A DNA stretch of 64,000 bases from a virus. This document shows, in pieces, positions 1-8,535 of the stretch. Numbering within the stretch: position 1 is the stretch's first letter; each line of letters starts with the position of its first letter. Position numbers and translations under genes: made by a program. The notes under the pieces are model-generated. The model did no database searches, had not been told where the DNA came from, and saw only the letters and a program-made list of their open reading frames with translations. The stretch spans positions 25,629-89,628 of the IMG/VR virus record IMGVR_UViG_3300045988_158927, one strand, 5' to 3'.

Positions 1-779
1 GCGGGTCGATCAGCATCAGCAGTTTGTATCGCATGGCGATGGACAACGGCTGGCGCGGCGACACGGATACGGAGATCAAGCCACCGCCTAAGCGCGAGCT
101 GCCGCCTGAGCCGAAACGGCGCACGATTGACGTGCATAAACTGGCGGGCACGTTAGTTCCGGCCACCGCGAATCACCCCTACGCGCTGGCCAAGGGCGCG
201 GAACCCCGGTTCATGTCCGGCCTGTTTGAAGTGCCGTCCGGTCACTCGATGCGGATCATGGGTGAGCGCATCGGGGGATTCCTCGCGGTCCCAGCGTATG
301 AGGGCGAGACGCTGAAAACGTTCCAGATGATCGCGCCCCCGGACCGCGCCCGCGAGATGAAAGCCAAGGGCAAACCGTCGAAACTCAACCTGCCCGGTGG
401 GTTCGGAAGCGCCTACCTGATGCTGGGGCATCCTGAGCCGGAGATCATCTATCTGGCCGAGGGCATCGGGCAGGTATGGGCTATCCTGTCGTGTTTCGCA
501 GCGGTTGCCCATATTGCCGCGCCTCGTGTCGCGGCTATTGTCACGTTCGGTTGTGGGCGCACAGAAACAGTCCTACGCGAGGCGATGATGCGCCACCTTG
601 ACGCAATTTTCCGCATCGTTCCGGACCGTGGGCAAGAGGAAAAGATGCGCCAGATTGCCGCAAACTATTGTAATGTCAGCGTTTTTTCTCTTCCCGAGAG
701 CAAGCCGGCGAACTATGACGCGAACGACTACGCGCAAGAACATGGGATGTTTGCGTTGCTGGATTGCATCATGCCTTGA
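1..779 (+). CDS. DNA primase-like protein, C-terminal Toprim-type part (5' end lies upstream of window)
   Basis: The frame is open from the window edge to TGA 777-779; track ORF 24-779 begins at an internal TTG. HPYALAKG resembles the HPYLxxKG motif of P4/plasmid-type primases. LAEGIGQVWAI, VPDRGQEE and DANDY fit the Toprim E-G and acidic motifs. Confidence 0.5.
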   Translation, partial: GSISISSLYRMAMDNGWRGDTDTEIKPPPKRELPPEPKRRTIDVHKLAGTLVPATANHPYALAKGAEPRFMSGLFEVPSGHSMRIMGERIGGFLAVPAYEGETLKTFQMIAPPDRAREMKAKGKPSKLNLPGGFGSAYLMLGHPEPEIIYLAEGIGQVWAILSCFAAVAHIAAPRVAAIVTFGCGRTETVLREAMMRHLDAIFRIVPDRGQEEKMRQIAANYCNVSVFSLPESKPANYDANDYAQEHGMFALLDCIMP

Positions 780-806
780 TCAAAAACACACGTTCAAAAA
801 TTTTTC

Positions 807-835
807 TTGCATCTTCGGAACGTTGTCTGTATAGT
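807..835 (+). promoter_or_regulatory. sigma70-like promoter (TTGCAT-17 nt-TATAGT)
   Basis: -35 TTGCAT at 807-812, a 17-nt spacer, and -10 TATAGT at 830-835, about 50 nt upstream of ATG 884. Confidence 0.55.
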
Positions 836-883
836 TCTATCCATCGACACGGCGGACACGCCACCTTCCAACGAGGAAACATC

Positions 884-1522
884 ATGCAAGCCACTTCCCC
901 CCGCATCATCGTCGTTTCGTCCCTGAATGCCCGGAACGCCCGTAACATCCAATCCGTTCTGTTTGCCGAGAATGAGGCCGCCGAAGAGCACGCCATGCAG
1001 ATTTCCGGCCTCAAATCCCCGGCCATCGTTGAGCGCCTCGCCATCGTTAAAGGTCTGACCGAGAAGATCGAGGAGATCGCCCCGGAACAAAGCGCCCACA
1101 CTTTCATGCTGACCATTCTGAAAGTGCGCGAGATCAACGAGAATGAAGCCTTCTCGATGATGAAAACGTGGGCATGGAACCAAGAGTGTTACGTCGAAGC
1201 GATTCACCTTGCTTACGACTTCGCCAAAGCGTCGCATCTTGAGAACGCGGAATCAATCTGGTCTGAGTATCTGGATCGGTCGGTTGACATGCGCGAATTC
1301 CATGTAGCGCCGGTTACATACTCGATTGATCGATTCGGGAATTATGGCGTTCAGCATGAATCGTTCGTGTCGTGGCTGAATTCCATTCCGGGCGTGACGG
1401 CGCGTCTCGGCGACAAAGACGAGATTGTCGGCAACCGTAAGTCGGAGTGCCCAGTGAGTGACGATGATTATATCGGCGAACTCTGGTATTCCTACGCTGA
1501 TTGGGATATTGAGGCAGAGTAA
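884..1522 (+). CDS. hypothetical protein
   Basis: Track ORF 764-1522 trimmed to ATG 884 (MQATSPR), with RBS GAGGA at 873-877 downstream of the promoter. No motif recognised. Confidence 0.6.
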   Translation: MQATSPRIIVVSSLNARNARNIQSVLFAENEAAEEHAMQISGLKSPAIVERLAIVKGLTEKIEEIAPEQSAHTFMLTILKVREINENEAFSMMKTWAWNQECYVEAIHLAYDFAKASHLENAESIWSEYLDRSVDMREFHVAPVTYSIDRFGNYGVQHESFVSWLNSIPGVTARLGDKDEIVGNRKSECPVSDDDYIGELWYSYADWDIEAE

Positions 1523-1576
1523 TCGACCGTCCGGCGGCTGAAAGTCGCCGGGCATGTTGCTTCATCACAAAAAGCG

Positions 1577-1605
1577 TTGACACTGACCGGCCGAAGCTTT
1601 AAAGT
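1577..1605 (+). promoter_or_regulatory. sigma70-like promoter (TTGACA-17 nt-TAAAGT)
   Basis: -35 TTGACA at 1577-1582, a 17-nt spacer, and -10 TAAAGT at 1600-1605, upstream of ATG 1640. Confidence 0.6.
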
Positions 1606-1639
1606 TTCCCCATCGATTCACCAAACATCCCACGACATC

Positions 1640-2167
1640 ATGAAACGCACAATCCTCGTTCTCTCGATCCTGTCCACCCTTGCCGCTTGTGGCGGTGGCA
1701 GCGCCCCGGCCGGCCAACCCGTCAACCCGCTTGCCGTAGAATTCTCCGGCGAGATCATCGAACAAAAACAAACGGACGTTGCCAAGATCGAATCCACCGA
1801 ACGACTGGATATCGACGGCCTTGTGAGCGCCTACATGACGATGGCCCGTTTTGTCAGCGAGCCGGCAGACCGTGCGATGACGGACGGTGAGGCACGCGCT
1901 TTGGCCGGTCTGGAAATGTGGTATCTGGCGTCCAATACCGTTGTGTTTCGCACTGGCCCGGACGGAAAATCGACGCATGAAAGCCCGGCCGCCATCCGTG
2001 CGCAAATGGCGGCCATGAAACGGTCATTTGGTCCTCGGGACTATGCCGGCCGGATCATGGCTGAGGTCAAGCGCGGCATGATCACTCGCCCGGATTCTTG
2101 GCGCGAAGCAGTGCAGGATTACTACAAAAACTTTGACCGTATGGACGCTGAAGAAAAAAACTCTTGA
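1640..2167 (+). CDS. lipoprotein (signal peptide + lipobox), paralog of 2232-2885
   Basis: MKRTILVLSILSTLAAC gives a signal peptide with an L-A-A-C lipobox followed by GGGS. It shares the block ALAGLEMWYLASN / AVGHLMYWYMTRK with the next gene. Confidence 0.7.
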   Translation: MKRTILVLSILSTLAACGGGSAPAGQPVNPLAVEFSGEIIEQKQTDVAKIESTERLDIDGLVSAYMTMARFVSEPADRAMTDGEARALAGLEMWYLASNTVVFRTGPDGKSTHESPAAIRAQMAAMKRSFGPRDYAGRIMAEVKRGMITRPDSWREAVQDYYKNFDRMDAEEKNS

Positions 2168-2192
2168 CAGTTTCCGCACGTTTATTCATGCT
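2164..2192 (+). promoter_or_regulatory. weak sigma70-like promoter candidate (TTGACA-17 nt-CATGCT)
   Basis: Perfect -35 TTGACA at 2164-2169, but the -10 CATGCT at 2187-2192 is poor (compare CATACT at 38678). Confidence 0.3.
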
Positions 2193-2231
2193 TCCATACG
2201 CTGATTCACACAACCCACGATAGGAACAACC

Positions 2232-2885
2232 ATGAAACATACGATTCTGGCCGTTTCCCTTGCTGCAATCCTCGCCGCGTGCGGTGGCGGGTCCGATTCC
2301 ACTGTCTCGACCGTGAACGCCCCTGACCGGACGGAAGCCCCGAAGCTGGAATCCCAGCGTGTCGAGGCGCCGAAGGTAGAAGCGCCTAGCAAAGAGGATG
2401 AGCCGCGCCGCGCCCGTGATGAAGCCCCGGTCAAGGCGCAAGAGGTTGAGCCGCAAATGATCGTCGGTCATATCCGCACGACACCGGATGAGAAATTTGA
2501 ATCGTCGTGGTTCTCGATGCAGGACGCCCCGACGGCACGGCAAATCAGTGACGCCTACTTCACGGTTTTCCGCTGGCTGGCCACTGACCGCGAGGAACCG
2601 AACGATGCCGAGCAGGATGCGGTCGGACACTTGATGTACTGGTATATGACCCGTAAGGCCGTGCTGGAATCGGAAATCCGACACACTTACGCATCGTGTG
2701 CCATTCTGAAGCAGATCGAGGACGAAACGTTCCAAACGATGCTGAGTAGTTCGCCGCGCCAGTTTGCAACCTACATGCGTAACGCGGCCGAAACATCGCG
2801 GGACATCATCAGCAACCCGCAAAACCATGAAGACGAAGTGTCTTCTTACGTTAACTACTGCGTCGCTTGCGCCAAGAAGCAGTAA
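2232..2885 (+). CDS. lipoprotein (signal peptide + lipobox), paralog of 1640-2167
   Basis: MKHTILAVSLAAILAAC gives a lipobox followed by GGGS. A Pro/Glu/Lys-rich linker is followed by a domain similar to the preceding lipoprotein. Confidence 0.7.
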   Translation: MKHTILAVSLAAILAACGGGSDSTVSTVNAPDRTEAPKLESQRVEAPKVEAPSKEDEPRRARDEAPVKAQEVEPQMIVGHIRTTPDEKFESSWFSMQDAPTARQISDAYFTVFRWLATDREEPNDAEQDAVGHLMYWYMTRKAVLESEIRHTYASCAILKQIEDETFQTMLSSSPRQFATYMRNAAETSRDIISNPQNHEDEVSSYVNYCVACAKKQ

Positions 2886-2916
2886 CCATCAACCCCCATC
2901 ACAAGGAACCATCATC

Positions 2917-3714
2917 ATGAAAAAGACCATCATCGCCATTTCCCTGTTCGCCGCTGCCAGCCTCGCCCATGCAACCAACACGCCCGGCGCCGATTGTGTC
3001 GGCGTGAATGCCTGCAAAACCAACAGCGACAATGTGACCATGCAGCCGCACGCAACCGGCGGTAACGCTAACGCTTCTGGCGGCAGCCAATGGCAGCAAC
3101 AGCAGCAAAACCAAAACGCCAGCGCAACCGGCGGCAATGTCGGCGGCGTTAATGTCGCCCCGCAAACGTCCCTGTCCACTGGCGGCTACGTCTACAACAA
3201 TCGGTCTCTGTCCATTCGTCCGGTGCAGGCCATCGCCCCGGCCGTCGCTGCCCCGTCGGCTTTCGTGTCCCGAATGGTTGACGCAACGTGCGGTCCTCGG
3301 CAGGTGGTGGTCGCGGAAGACGTGCAAGGTCGGATTATTGGCGTGTTCAAGGACACGCAGCAGGTTATCGGCGAGGATCATTACCTGAAGCCTGCCGAGC
3401 TTGCCTATCGCCGCGTCGAGGTCATGCCGGGGCTGATTCAACTGATCGGCCACCGCGTCCACGAAACTACGTCTGTCGTTACAACGTCTACCAGTGGCGC
3501 GCTTGCCTTCGGGGCGAATGGGTCCAATTTTGGCGGCGGCAGCATCGGGGCGGCATCCGGTGGCGCGCTGCAACGTATGGTTACGACGATTCGCCTGCAA
3601 GAGTGTGTCGCGTATGAGCTGACGCCCGCGCCGCAACCCGTCGCAAAGCCGAAGCCTGCCCCGGTGAAGCGTAAAGCCGTGCGTCGCAAGCCGGTCGCTG
3701 ACAAGAACTGCTGA
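2917..3714 (+). CDS. secreted protein (cleavable signal peptide), Gly/Gln/Asn-rich N part, basic Pro/Lys tail
   Basis: Track ORF 2764-3714 trimmed to ATG 2917 with RBS AAGGAA at 2903-2908. MKKTIIAISLFAAASLAHA-TN gives an AxA signal-peptidase site. Confidence 0.65.
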   Translation: MKKTIIAISLFAAASLAHATNTPGADCVGVNACKTNSDNVTMQPHATGGNANASGGSQWQQQQQNQNASATGGNVGGVNVAPQTSLSTGGYVYNNRSLSIRPVQAIAPAVAAPSAFVSRMVDATCGPRQVVVAEDVQGRIIGVFKDTQQVIGEDHYLKPAELAYRRVEVMPGLIQLIGHRVHETTSVVTTSTSGALAFGANGSNFGGGSIGAASGGALQRMVTTIRLQECVAYELTPAPQPVAKPKPAPVKRKAVRRKPVADKNC

Positions 3715-3729
3715 TCAGACTTGAGAGAT

Positions 3730-3753
3730 CGCCCGGGGTAACTCGGGCGGTTT
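3730..3753 (+). terminator. weak rho-independent terminator candidate
   Basis: CGCCCG (3730-3735) pairs with CGGGCG (3744-3749) around an 8-nt loop, followed only by GTTT. Confidence 0.35.
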
Positions 3754-3757
3754 GAGC

Positions 3758-4036
3758 ATGAACAAACAGCAGGAATTGCCGCGTCAGTTTAGAGTGGCAG
3801 ATTACCAAAGCCGTGACGTTCGCTTTTTCTGCATAGAATTGGCGGGTAGCAAAATCCGCGATGATTGGAAGTTTTATGGTTTCGTTCATCGCGGAACCTT
3901 CAGAAGCTGCATGGATTATTTGCGTAGAGAGCAAAGGCAGTCTGGCGGCATCATTGAAGCAGGACGCAATAGCGCAAAACTCACGGCGCCGGGCTGGCAG
4001 GTTTGCCTAACCAAGAGTGCATCAAGGGGTGATTGA
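3758..4036 (+). CDS. hypothetical protein, paralog of 4037-4288
   Basis: ATG 3758 (MNKQQELPRQF). It shares NKQQE...Y, a Cys-containing central block and GGIIE..R....KLT with the next ORF. Confidence 0.55.
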   Translation: MNKQQELPRQFRVADYQSRDVRFFCIELAGSKIRDDWKFYGFVHRGTFRSCMDYLRREQRQSGGIIEAGRNSAKLTAPGWQVCLTKSASRGD

Positions 4037-4288
4037 ATGAATGGCATCGACAAACAGCAGGAAGTGTTCAAACAGTATCGTTTGACGCTTTACCGTGCAT
4101 ATGGGGTTGACCTTTACCGTGTCGAGCCTGAAGACGGTGAAGTCATCGAAGGTTACACGCTGGCCAAGATAATCTGCCGTGGCGATTACGGGGAATGTTT
4201 CTATCAACTGGCGCACGTTAAGGCCCGACACGGAGGAATCATTGAGCATGAGAGAGGCGGCATCACAAAATTAACGATTGTTTGTTGA
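4037..4288 (+). CDS. hypothetical protein, paralog of 3758-4036
   Basis: MNGIDKQQEVFKQY ... HGGIIEHERGGITKLT. The start abuts the upstream TGA. Confidence 0.55.
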   Translation: MNGIDKQQEVFKQYRLTLYRAYGVDLYRVEPEDGEVIEGYTLAKIICRGDYGECFYQLAHVKARHGGIIEHERGGITKLTIVC

Positions 4289-4521
4289 AACTACCGCGTC
4301 AATCATCGCTTGGTTATTGACGGCTACTGAAGAATGACGGAAGATTGATGCAAGGGCGCTTGATCAGCGTGAACGCCATAGAATGATGCGGATGAAAAAG
4401 GCCGCATAGAACGTGGCAATAGATCGGTTTACTGGCGAAACCATCGAGCGTACTACGGTCCCCCACCCGTAGATTTACAGACGCAGAAAAAGGCCAGACC
4501 ATTCCTACAATCCCACATCCA

Positions 4522-4989
4522 ATGAACAACGAAAAAGCGACCGTCAGCCGCATTACGGCCATCATGAAAACGCTTGAGGACATGAAACTTTCGGCGTGCG
4601 CTGAAGGTCAATGCCGCATCGGAAACCGTCGGTACTTTTCCGACGGAGTTACCCGGTTTGTCGCTACGCGAATGGCAAAACAGCCGGAAACGTACCCGTT
4701 CACGTCTAGCAGGCGAGACAGTGAAGAAAGCAGGTTCCTGCTTCTGCCGTTCACGTCTCTAGCATCGCTGGAAAAAGTGATGCACGAACTTCGGGAATTC
4801 ATCCTGCAATTTGGCACGGATGTTGTCGTGTTCAAGGACGCGCTGAATGAGCGATGCTATCCGGTGCTGATCTTGCGCGATTCTGGTATTCGGTCGGATA
4901 CGTGGAAGATCGTCTACGGCATCGGGAACGTTAAATCTCGCATCCATCGCACGATCATGATGATCGAACTGGGGGCGGCCTGCAAATGA
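4522..4989 (+). CDS. hypothetical protein
   Basis: Track ORF preceded by a 230-nt non-coding gap. No motif recognised. Confidence 0.55.
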   Translation: MNNEKATVSRITAIMKTLEDMKLSACAEGQCRIGNRRYFSDGVTRFVATRMAKQPETYPFTSSRRDSEESRFLLLPFTSLASLEKVMHELREFILQFGTDVVVFKDALNERCYPVLILRDSGIRSDTWKIVYGIGNVKSRIHRTIMMIELGAACK

Positions 4990-5132
4990 CGGAAAAGCAA
5001 TTCGCCCGGGTCATGGTCGGAATGGTTGTCGGTTTTGTGGCGGCTTTCGCGCTGCTGATCGGAGTCTCTTCCACGTTCCACGCTGACAAGCCAATCAAGC
5101 AACCCGGAAATGTGGTCTACGTAACGGAGTAA
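4986..5132 (+). CDS. small single-pass membrane protein (48 aa)
   Basis: Not in the track because it is under 60 aa. ATGA overlap with the upstream stop. MTEKQFARVMVGMVVGFVAAFALLIGV has one hydrophobic helix. Confidence 0.35.
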   Translation: MTEKQFARVMVGMVVGFVAAFALLIGVSSTFHADKPIKQPGNVVYVTE

Positions 5133-5135
5133 ACA

Positions 5136-5453
5136 ATGTCATTCAAATTCACACAAAGCGGCGTTGAATTCGATGGCGGCAAGCTGACGTTGGCGTACCT
5201 GCCGGAGTTTCAGACGATCATGGATGAACTGGTATTCATCATCAATGACCCGTCCATCAATGGCGTGCCCGTCGATCTCTCGCAGCGCCTGAACGGTATC
5301 GAATCCAAGCATGGCGAAGATATCGACGTTGTTGGAACTAGCGGCGATTACTTCACGTTTCGTCGCGCTGGCGATTCGGTGGCGGTCTGGTATACGTATC
5401 TGGACGAGGAAGACAACCCGCAACCCCCGATCTATATGGCGCGCATTGTCTGA
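5136..5453 (+). CDS. hypothetical protein
   Basis: Track ORF with RBS GGAG 6 nt upstream. Acidic; no motif recognised. Confidence 0.55.
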   Translation: MSFKFTQSGVEFDGGKLTLAYLPEFQTIMDELVFIINDPSINGVPVDLSQRLNGIESKHGEDIDVVGTSGDYFTFRRAGDSVAVWYTYLDEEDNPQPPIYMARIV

Positions 5454-5800
5454 TGGCTGAAATCAAGGTAGACCCGTTTCATGTGCTGGCTGACAGAGAA
5501 GGATTCTTCCTGCCGAGAAAGAACGGCATCGCTTTCTTCATCGACGGCAAATACCGATACCGTTCGTACTCCGATGAGTTTCGGGGATGGCTGGATGAGC
5601 AAGACGGAGACGTGCGTAACGTCTTTGGAAACGAGCACTACGCGGAGGTGCATTCAATCGAAACGTTCATGTTCGCAATCGGGCAATGCGTCTTTCTCCC
5701 GGCTTTGGTAGACGGTGATTTCTCGATCCTTTGTCGCCTTCCGGATCAGCAACTAATCGATGTTCTCAAGCAACCCACGAAAGAGGAAAACCATGGATAA
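5453..5800 (+). CDS. hypothetical protein
   Basis: Track ORF with a TGATG overlap to the upstream gene. Confidence 0.55.
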   Translation: MAEIKVDPFHVLADREGFFLPRKNGIAFFIDGKYRYRSYSDEFRGWLDEQDGDVRNVFGNEHYAEVHSIETFMFAIGQCVFLPALVDGDFSILCRLPDQQLIDVLKQPTKEENHG

Positions 5801-6461
5801 CAAAATGATCATTGATGCAGCGTTCAAATTCATCAAGAAACTTCCTTGGGGCGCATATCTTGTATGCGACCGAATTTTGGAAGCGGTTGATGAAATGAAC
5901 TGGAAGCTTGCATCTGTTCCTGCATACATGGAAGAGCGTGCATCTATCGATTACCTGACTGTTTTCGGGTATATCGAGGCGCGCAATGGCGGCAAAGAAA
6001 TTGGCCTGTCCCATATATTCTGGCAAGACGTAGAGGAATCCATGTTTATCTGCCAGAGTGACGTATTCGACATGCCGAAACCTGCCACCGACGGCGCGGC
6101 TTGCTTCGACATTCAATCGGCAACTGAGGCGGTGATTCCTGCTGGCGGCACGGCTATTCTGGATACCGGACTGCGATTCCATATCCCCGTCGGTCATGCA
6201 CTCATGGTCTACTCGCGTAGCGGGCACGGCTTCAAACATGACGTTAGCCTGTCCAATGGCACCGGCGTTATCGACAGTGATTATCGTGGCGAAATGAAGG
6301 TCAAGCTTCGCAACGATGGCGCGGAGCCGTTTACCGTCAAGCATGGCGACCGGATTGCGCAAGCCATGCTGATTAAATTGCCTAACCTGCATATGATTTC
6401 CGGAACTGTCGAAAATGACACGGCACGCGGATCAGGTGGTTTTGGTTCTACTGGAGTTTGA
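5793..6461 (+). CDS. dut: dUTPase with ~95-aa N-terminal extension
   Basis: All five trimeric dUTPase motifs are present: AACFD, YSRSGHG, GVIDSDYRGE, GDRIAQ and ARGSGGFGSTG. Start at ATG 5793 with RBS AAGAGGA. The first ~95 aa lie outside the Dut core. Confidence 0.85.
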   Translation: MDNKMIIDAAFKFIKKLPWGAYLVCDRILEAVDEMNWKLASVPAYMEERASIDYLTVFGYIEARNGGKEIGLSHIFWQDVEESMFICQSDVFDMPKPATDGAACFDIQSATEAVIPAGGTAILDTGLRFHIPVGHALMVYSRSGHGFKHDVSLSNGTGVIDSDYRGEMKVKLRNDGAEPFTVKHGDRIAQAMLIKLPNLHMISGTVENDTARGSGGFGSTGV

Positions 6462-6462
6462 T

Positions 6463-6954
6463 ATGCGAATCTTGGTTACGGGAAATCCCGGCGTGGGTAA
6501 AACTTCTGTCATGTATGACGTACTCGACGCGCTTTATGAGAAAAGCGATTGGATGTGCGTAATCCGTTATATGGACACTTTTCTATCCGAAGGTGAAGAA
6601 TCAGGGGTGATTAGTCACGTTAGTGCTGAAAGTACGTTGAAAGATGAGTTCAACGCAGTCAATGATGGATTCGCGTATAGTCGTGATTTGATCTATGCAG
6701 GTCTTAAATCAGATTCGGACTATATCTGCGAGTACCCGTTTGGCGAGAACCCGGCGCCTGAACATGCCGTGTTCTTTGATGTGATTCTCAAAGTATCAGC
6801 TAAAGATAACTGTGGAATGTCAAATGTGGAAGTTTTGAAAGACAGGCGTGGCACAAAACGTGGACAAAAATTTTATTTTGAATTCATAGACGGTGAACCG
6901 GAAGACAGGATCAAGTTACAATTTCGTCCCGTAAGGTTTGACCTTGGCGCTTAA
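6463..6954 (+). CDS. P-loop NTPase (possible nucleotide kinase)
   Basis: MRILVTGNPGVGKTS is an N-terminal Walker A. The size (163 aa) and the position between dut and thyX suggest a kinase-type NTPase. The gene is visibly AT-richer than its neighbours. Confidence 0.6.
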   Translation: MRILVTGNPGVGKTSVMYDVLDALYEKSDWMCVIRYMDTFLSEGEESGVISHVSAESTLKDEFNAVNDGFAYSRDLIYAGLKSDSDYICEYPFGENPAPEHAVFFDVILKVSAKDNCGMSNVEVLKDRRGTKRGQKFYFEFIDGEPEDRIKLQFRPVRFDLGA

Positions 6955-6985
6955 TGGAAAATGCTCTAGTCGTTTGCACCAATGG

Positions 6986-7014
6986 TTGACACCGAAAAAT
7001 TTTTGAGGATAATA
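6986..7014 (+). promoter_or_regulatory. sigma70-like promoter (TTGACA-17 nt-ATAATA)
   Basis: -35 TTGACA at 6986-6991, a 17-nt spacer containing the AAAAATTTTT palindrome, and -10 ATAATA at 7009-7014. Confidence 0.6.
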
Positions 7015-7020
7015 ATGGGT

Positions 7021-7096
7021 GCGTGCAGGGTTTCTTGTACGTCTCATTGATTGCCTCCAAAGCACTTTAATCCCGGGGCAACCCGGGATTTTTTTC
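7021..7096 (+). ncRNA. candidate short transcript (~75 nt) between promoter 6986 and terminator 7069
   Basis: The predicted start lies ~7 nt after the -10 and the predicted end at the T-run of the 7069-7096 terminator. The transcript contains TTGCCTCC, a CCUCC anti-Shine-Dalgarno-like stretch. Confidence 0.3.
7069..7096 (+). terminator. rho-independent terminator (9-bp stem, GCAA loop, T7)
   Basis: AATCCCGGG (7069-7077) pairs with CCCGGGATT (7082-7090) around a GNRA-type GCAA loop, followed by a T-run to 7095. Confidence 0.7.
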
Positions 7097-7105
7097 CTTT
7101 ACCCT

Positions 7106-7333
7106 ATGCGTTACTTCGCTCTCTCCACTGAAGAAACCCGTCTGGCAACGTTTCGTTGCGTGAATGAATTCCTGACGAAACAGGACAGGGACGCCTTCAT
7201 GGCGCTAAGTAAAGACGCCAAAGCAATCACTGAAACGGAAGCCGTCGCCATGACAGGCGGCGCTAATTTCTTTGAATTCAGGCGCGAAAACATCCAATAC
7301 ATGCGCGCTACCATTTCACACAAGGCAAAATGA
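7106..7333 (+). CDS. hypothetical protein
   Basis: Track ORF 7019-7333 trimmed to ATG 7106 because 7019-7096 is occupied by the promoter-proximal hairpin/terminator. No clear RBS. Confidence 0.45.
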   Translation: MRYFALSTEETRLATFRCVNEFLTKQDRDAFMALSKDAKAITETEAVAMTGGANFFEFRRENIQYMRATISHKAK

Positions 7334-7905
7334 ATCGACAAATCATCACTACCCAAATTGACGCCATGACGTGCCGCCTGTTTGCGCGTGACACGTATGT
7401 AGTCGTTCCCACTGTATCCCGCGAATTCCGTAACCGCATCGAGCGACGCGATATCTTCGCGTCATTCCGTAAGGTAGATACCCCGGTGGGTTCCGTGGTT
7501 CTGATCAATGATCAAGACCAAACAGTAACGCCTGTCGCAAGCGAATACTCAATGAGTACGGGTACCCGCGTATGGGACGGCTACGAAGAGACCGAGAGCG
7601 TGACCTACGATGAGCTGGCCGAGGTCATCAACAATCAGGCGGATATCATCGATATCGATCTAGCGGACTGTTACCTGACCGTCGCAACCGATCTAGATGG
7701 CGAGACCTACTATATCGAGATGATTGCAGGCGCTAAAAAGTCGCTGATCAAGGTTAAAGGCGGTTCCGTCGCCCTTGCTTTGGCAGAAGACTTCCTGCGC
7801 GGCGTTGCATCCATCGAGGAAGCCGCAAAACATATCGAGAAGCTGATCGATTTCATCGACGTTGACCCTGAAGACTTTACCGAAGAGGCTGAATACAATG
7901 TTTGA
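7330..7905 (+). CDS. hypothetical acidic protein
   Basis: Track ORF with an ATGA overlap to the upstream gene. Confidence 0.6.
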   Translation: MNRQIITTQIDAMTCRLFARDTYVVVPTVSREFRNRIERRDIFASFRKVDTPVGSVVLINDQDQTVTPVASEYSMSTGTRVWDGYEETESVTYDELAEVINNQADIIDIDLADCYLTVATDLDGETYYIEMIAGAKKSLIKVKGGSVALALAEDFLRGVASIEEAAKHIEKLIDFIDVDPEDFTEEAEYNV

Positions 7906-8143
7906 GTTTCGCCAGTTTTCCAATGAGGCCAGCGAGCTTGCCAACCTGCAAGCGCATTCCCTGCTGGCCGAGAGCGTTGCCACGGGCGGCTTTTTCGTGC
8001 GCGAGCTTGAGACTACGGACGGCACGCTTTGTGTCCACTACCACGGCCCTGATGGCGATTGTCTGGCCCGGTTTGGCAACAATGCCGCCGAGAACCGTGC
8101 GTTCTATAACGAGCGCGTGACGCGCCTTCAGGCCATTGCATGA
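7898..8143 (+). CDS. hypothetical protein
   Basis: Track ORF 7862-8143 trimmed to ATG 7898 (MFEFRQF), overlapping the upstream stop. Confidence 0.5.
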   Translation: MFEFRQFSNEASELANLQAHSLLAESVATGGFFVRELETTDGTLCVHYHGPDGDCLARFGNNAAENRAFYNERVTRLQAIA

Positions 8144-8535
8144 ACCTGCTACGGAAACTGTCGCTCTCGTTCACGCTGGCTACCACGATGACGCCCCGTC
8201 ATTTTGTGCTGGCGTGGAATGGCCGTTATGTGGCTGGCGTCGAATTCAAGGATGAGCGCGAGGCCGGGCGACAGTATCGGAAGTACGCCGACGAACGAAC
8301 GCACAATAGCCCGCTAATATGGGCTATCAGCATGGCAGGCGGAAGCATCCTGATCTCTTGGCATCACGCAGACGTGTATGACATCGAGATCACGAAGCCC
8401 GAAAGCCACTGTCTGAAATCTTGCCCGCGCATTGAGCTGGAAGCGTCTGTCATCAATGCGCTAAAGCAGATTGGATGCGCGAATCTTCCCGGCGCCGTTT
8501 TCGATTTTAAGCAGGCTATGAAAAAGCATGCGTAA
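8140..8535 (+). CDS. hypothetical protein
   Basis: Track ORF with an ATGA overlap. Confidence 0.55.
   Translation: MNLLRKLSLSFTLATTMTPRHFVLAWNGRYVAGVEFKDEREAGRQYRKYADERTHNSPLIWAISMAGGSILISWHHADVYDIEITKPESHCLKSCPRIELEASVINALKQIGCANLPGAVFDFKQAMKKHA

Noticed and set aside
4289-4521. The 233-nt gap with minus-strand ORF 4314-4583 and two small hairpins (ATGCGG/CCGCAT and CTACGG/CCGTAG), considered as a possible ncRNA or antisense gene.
   Set aside because: The minus-strand ORF has no start context and runs into the next + strand gene. The hairpins are short (6 bp) and have no promoter or terminator signature. It is kept only as an ordinary intergenic spacer.
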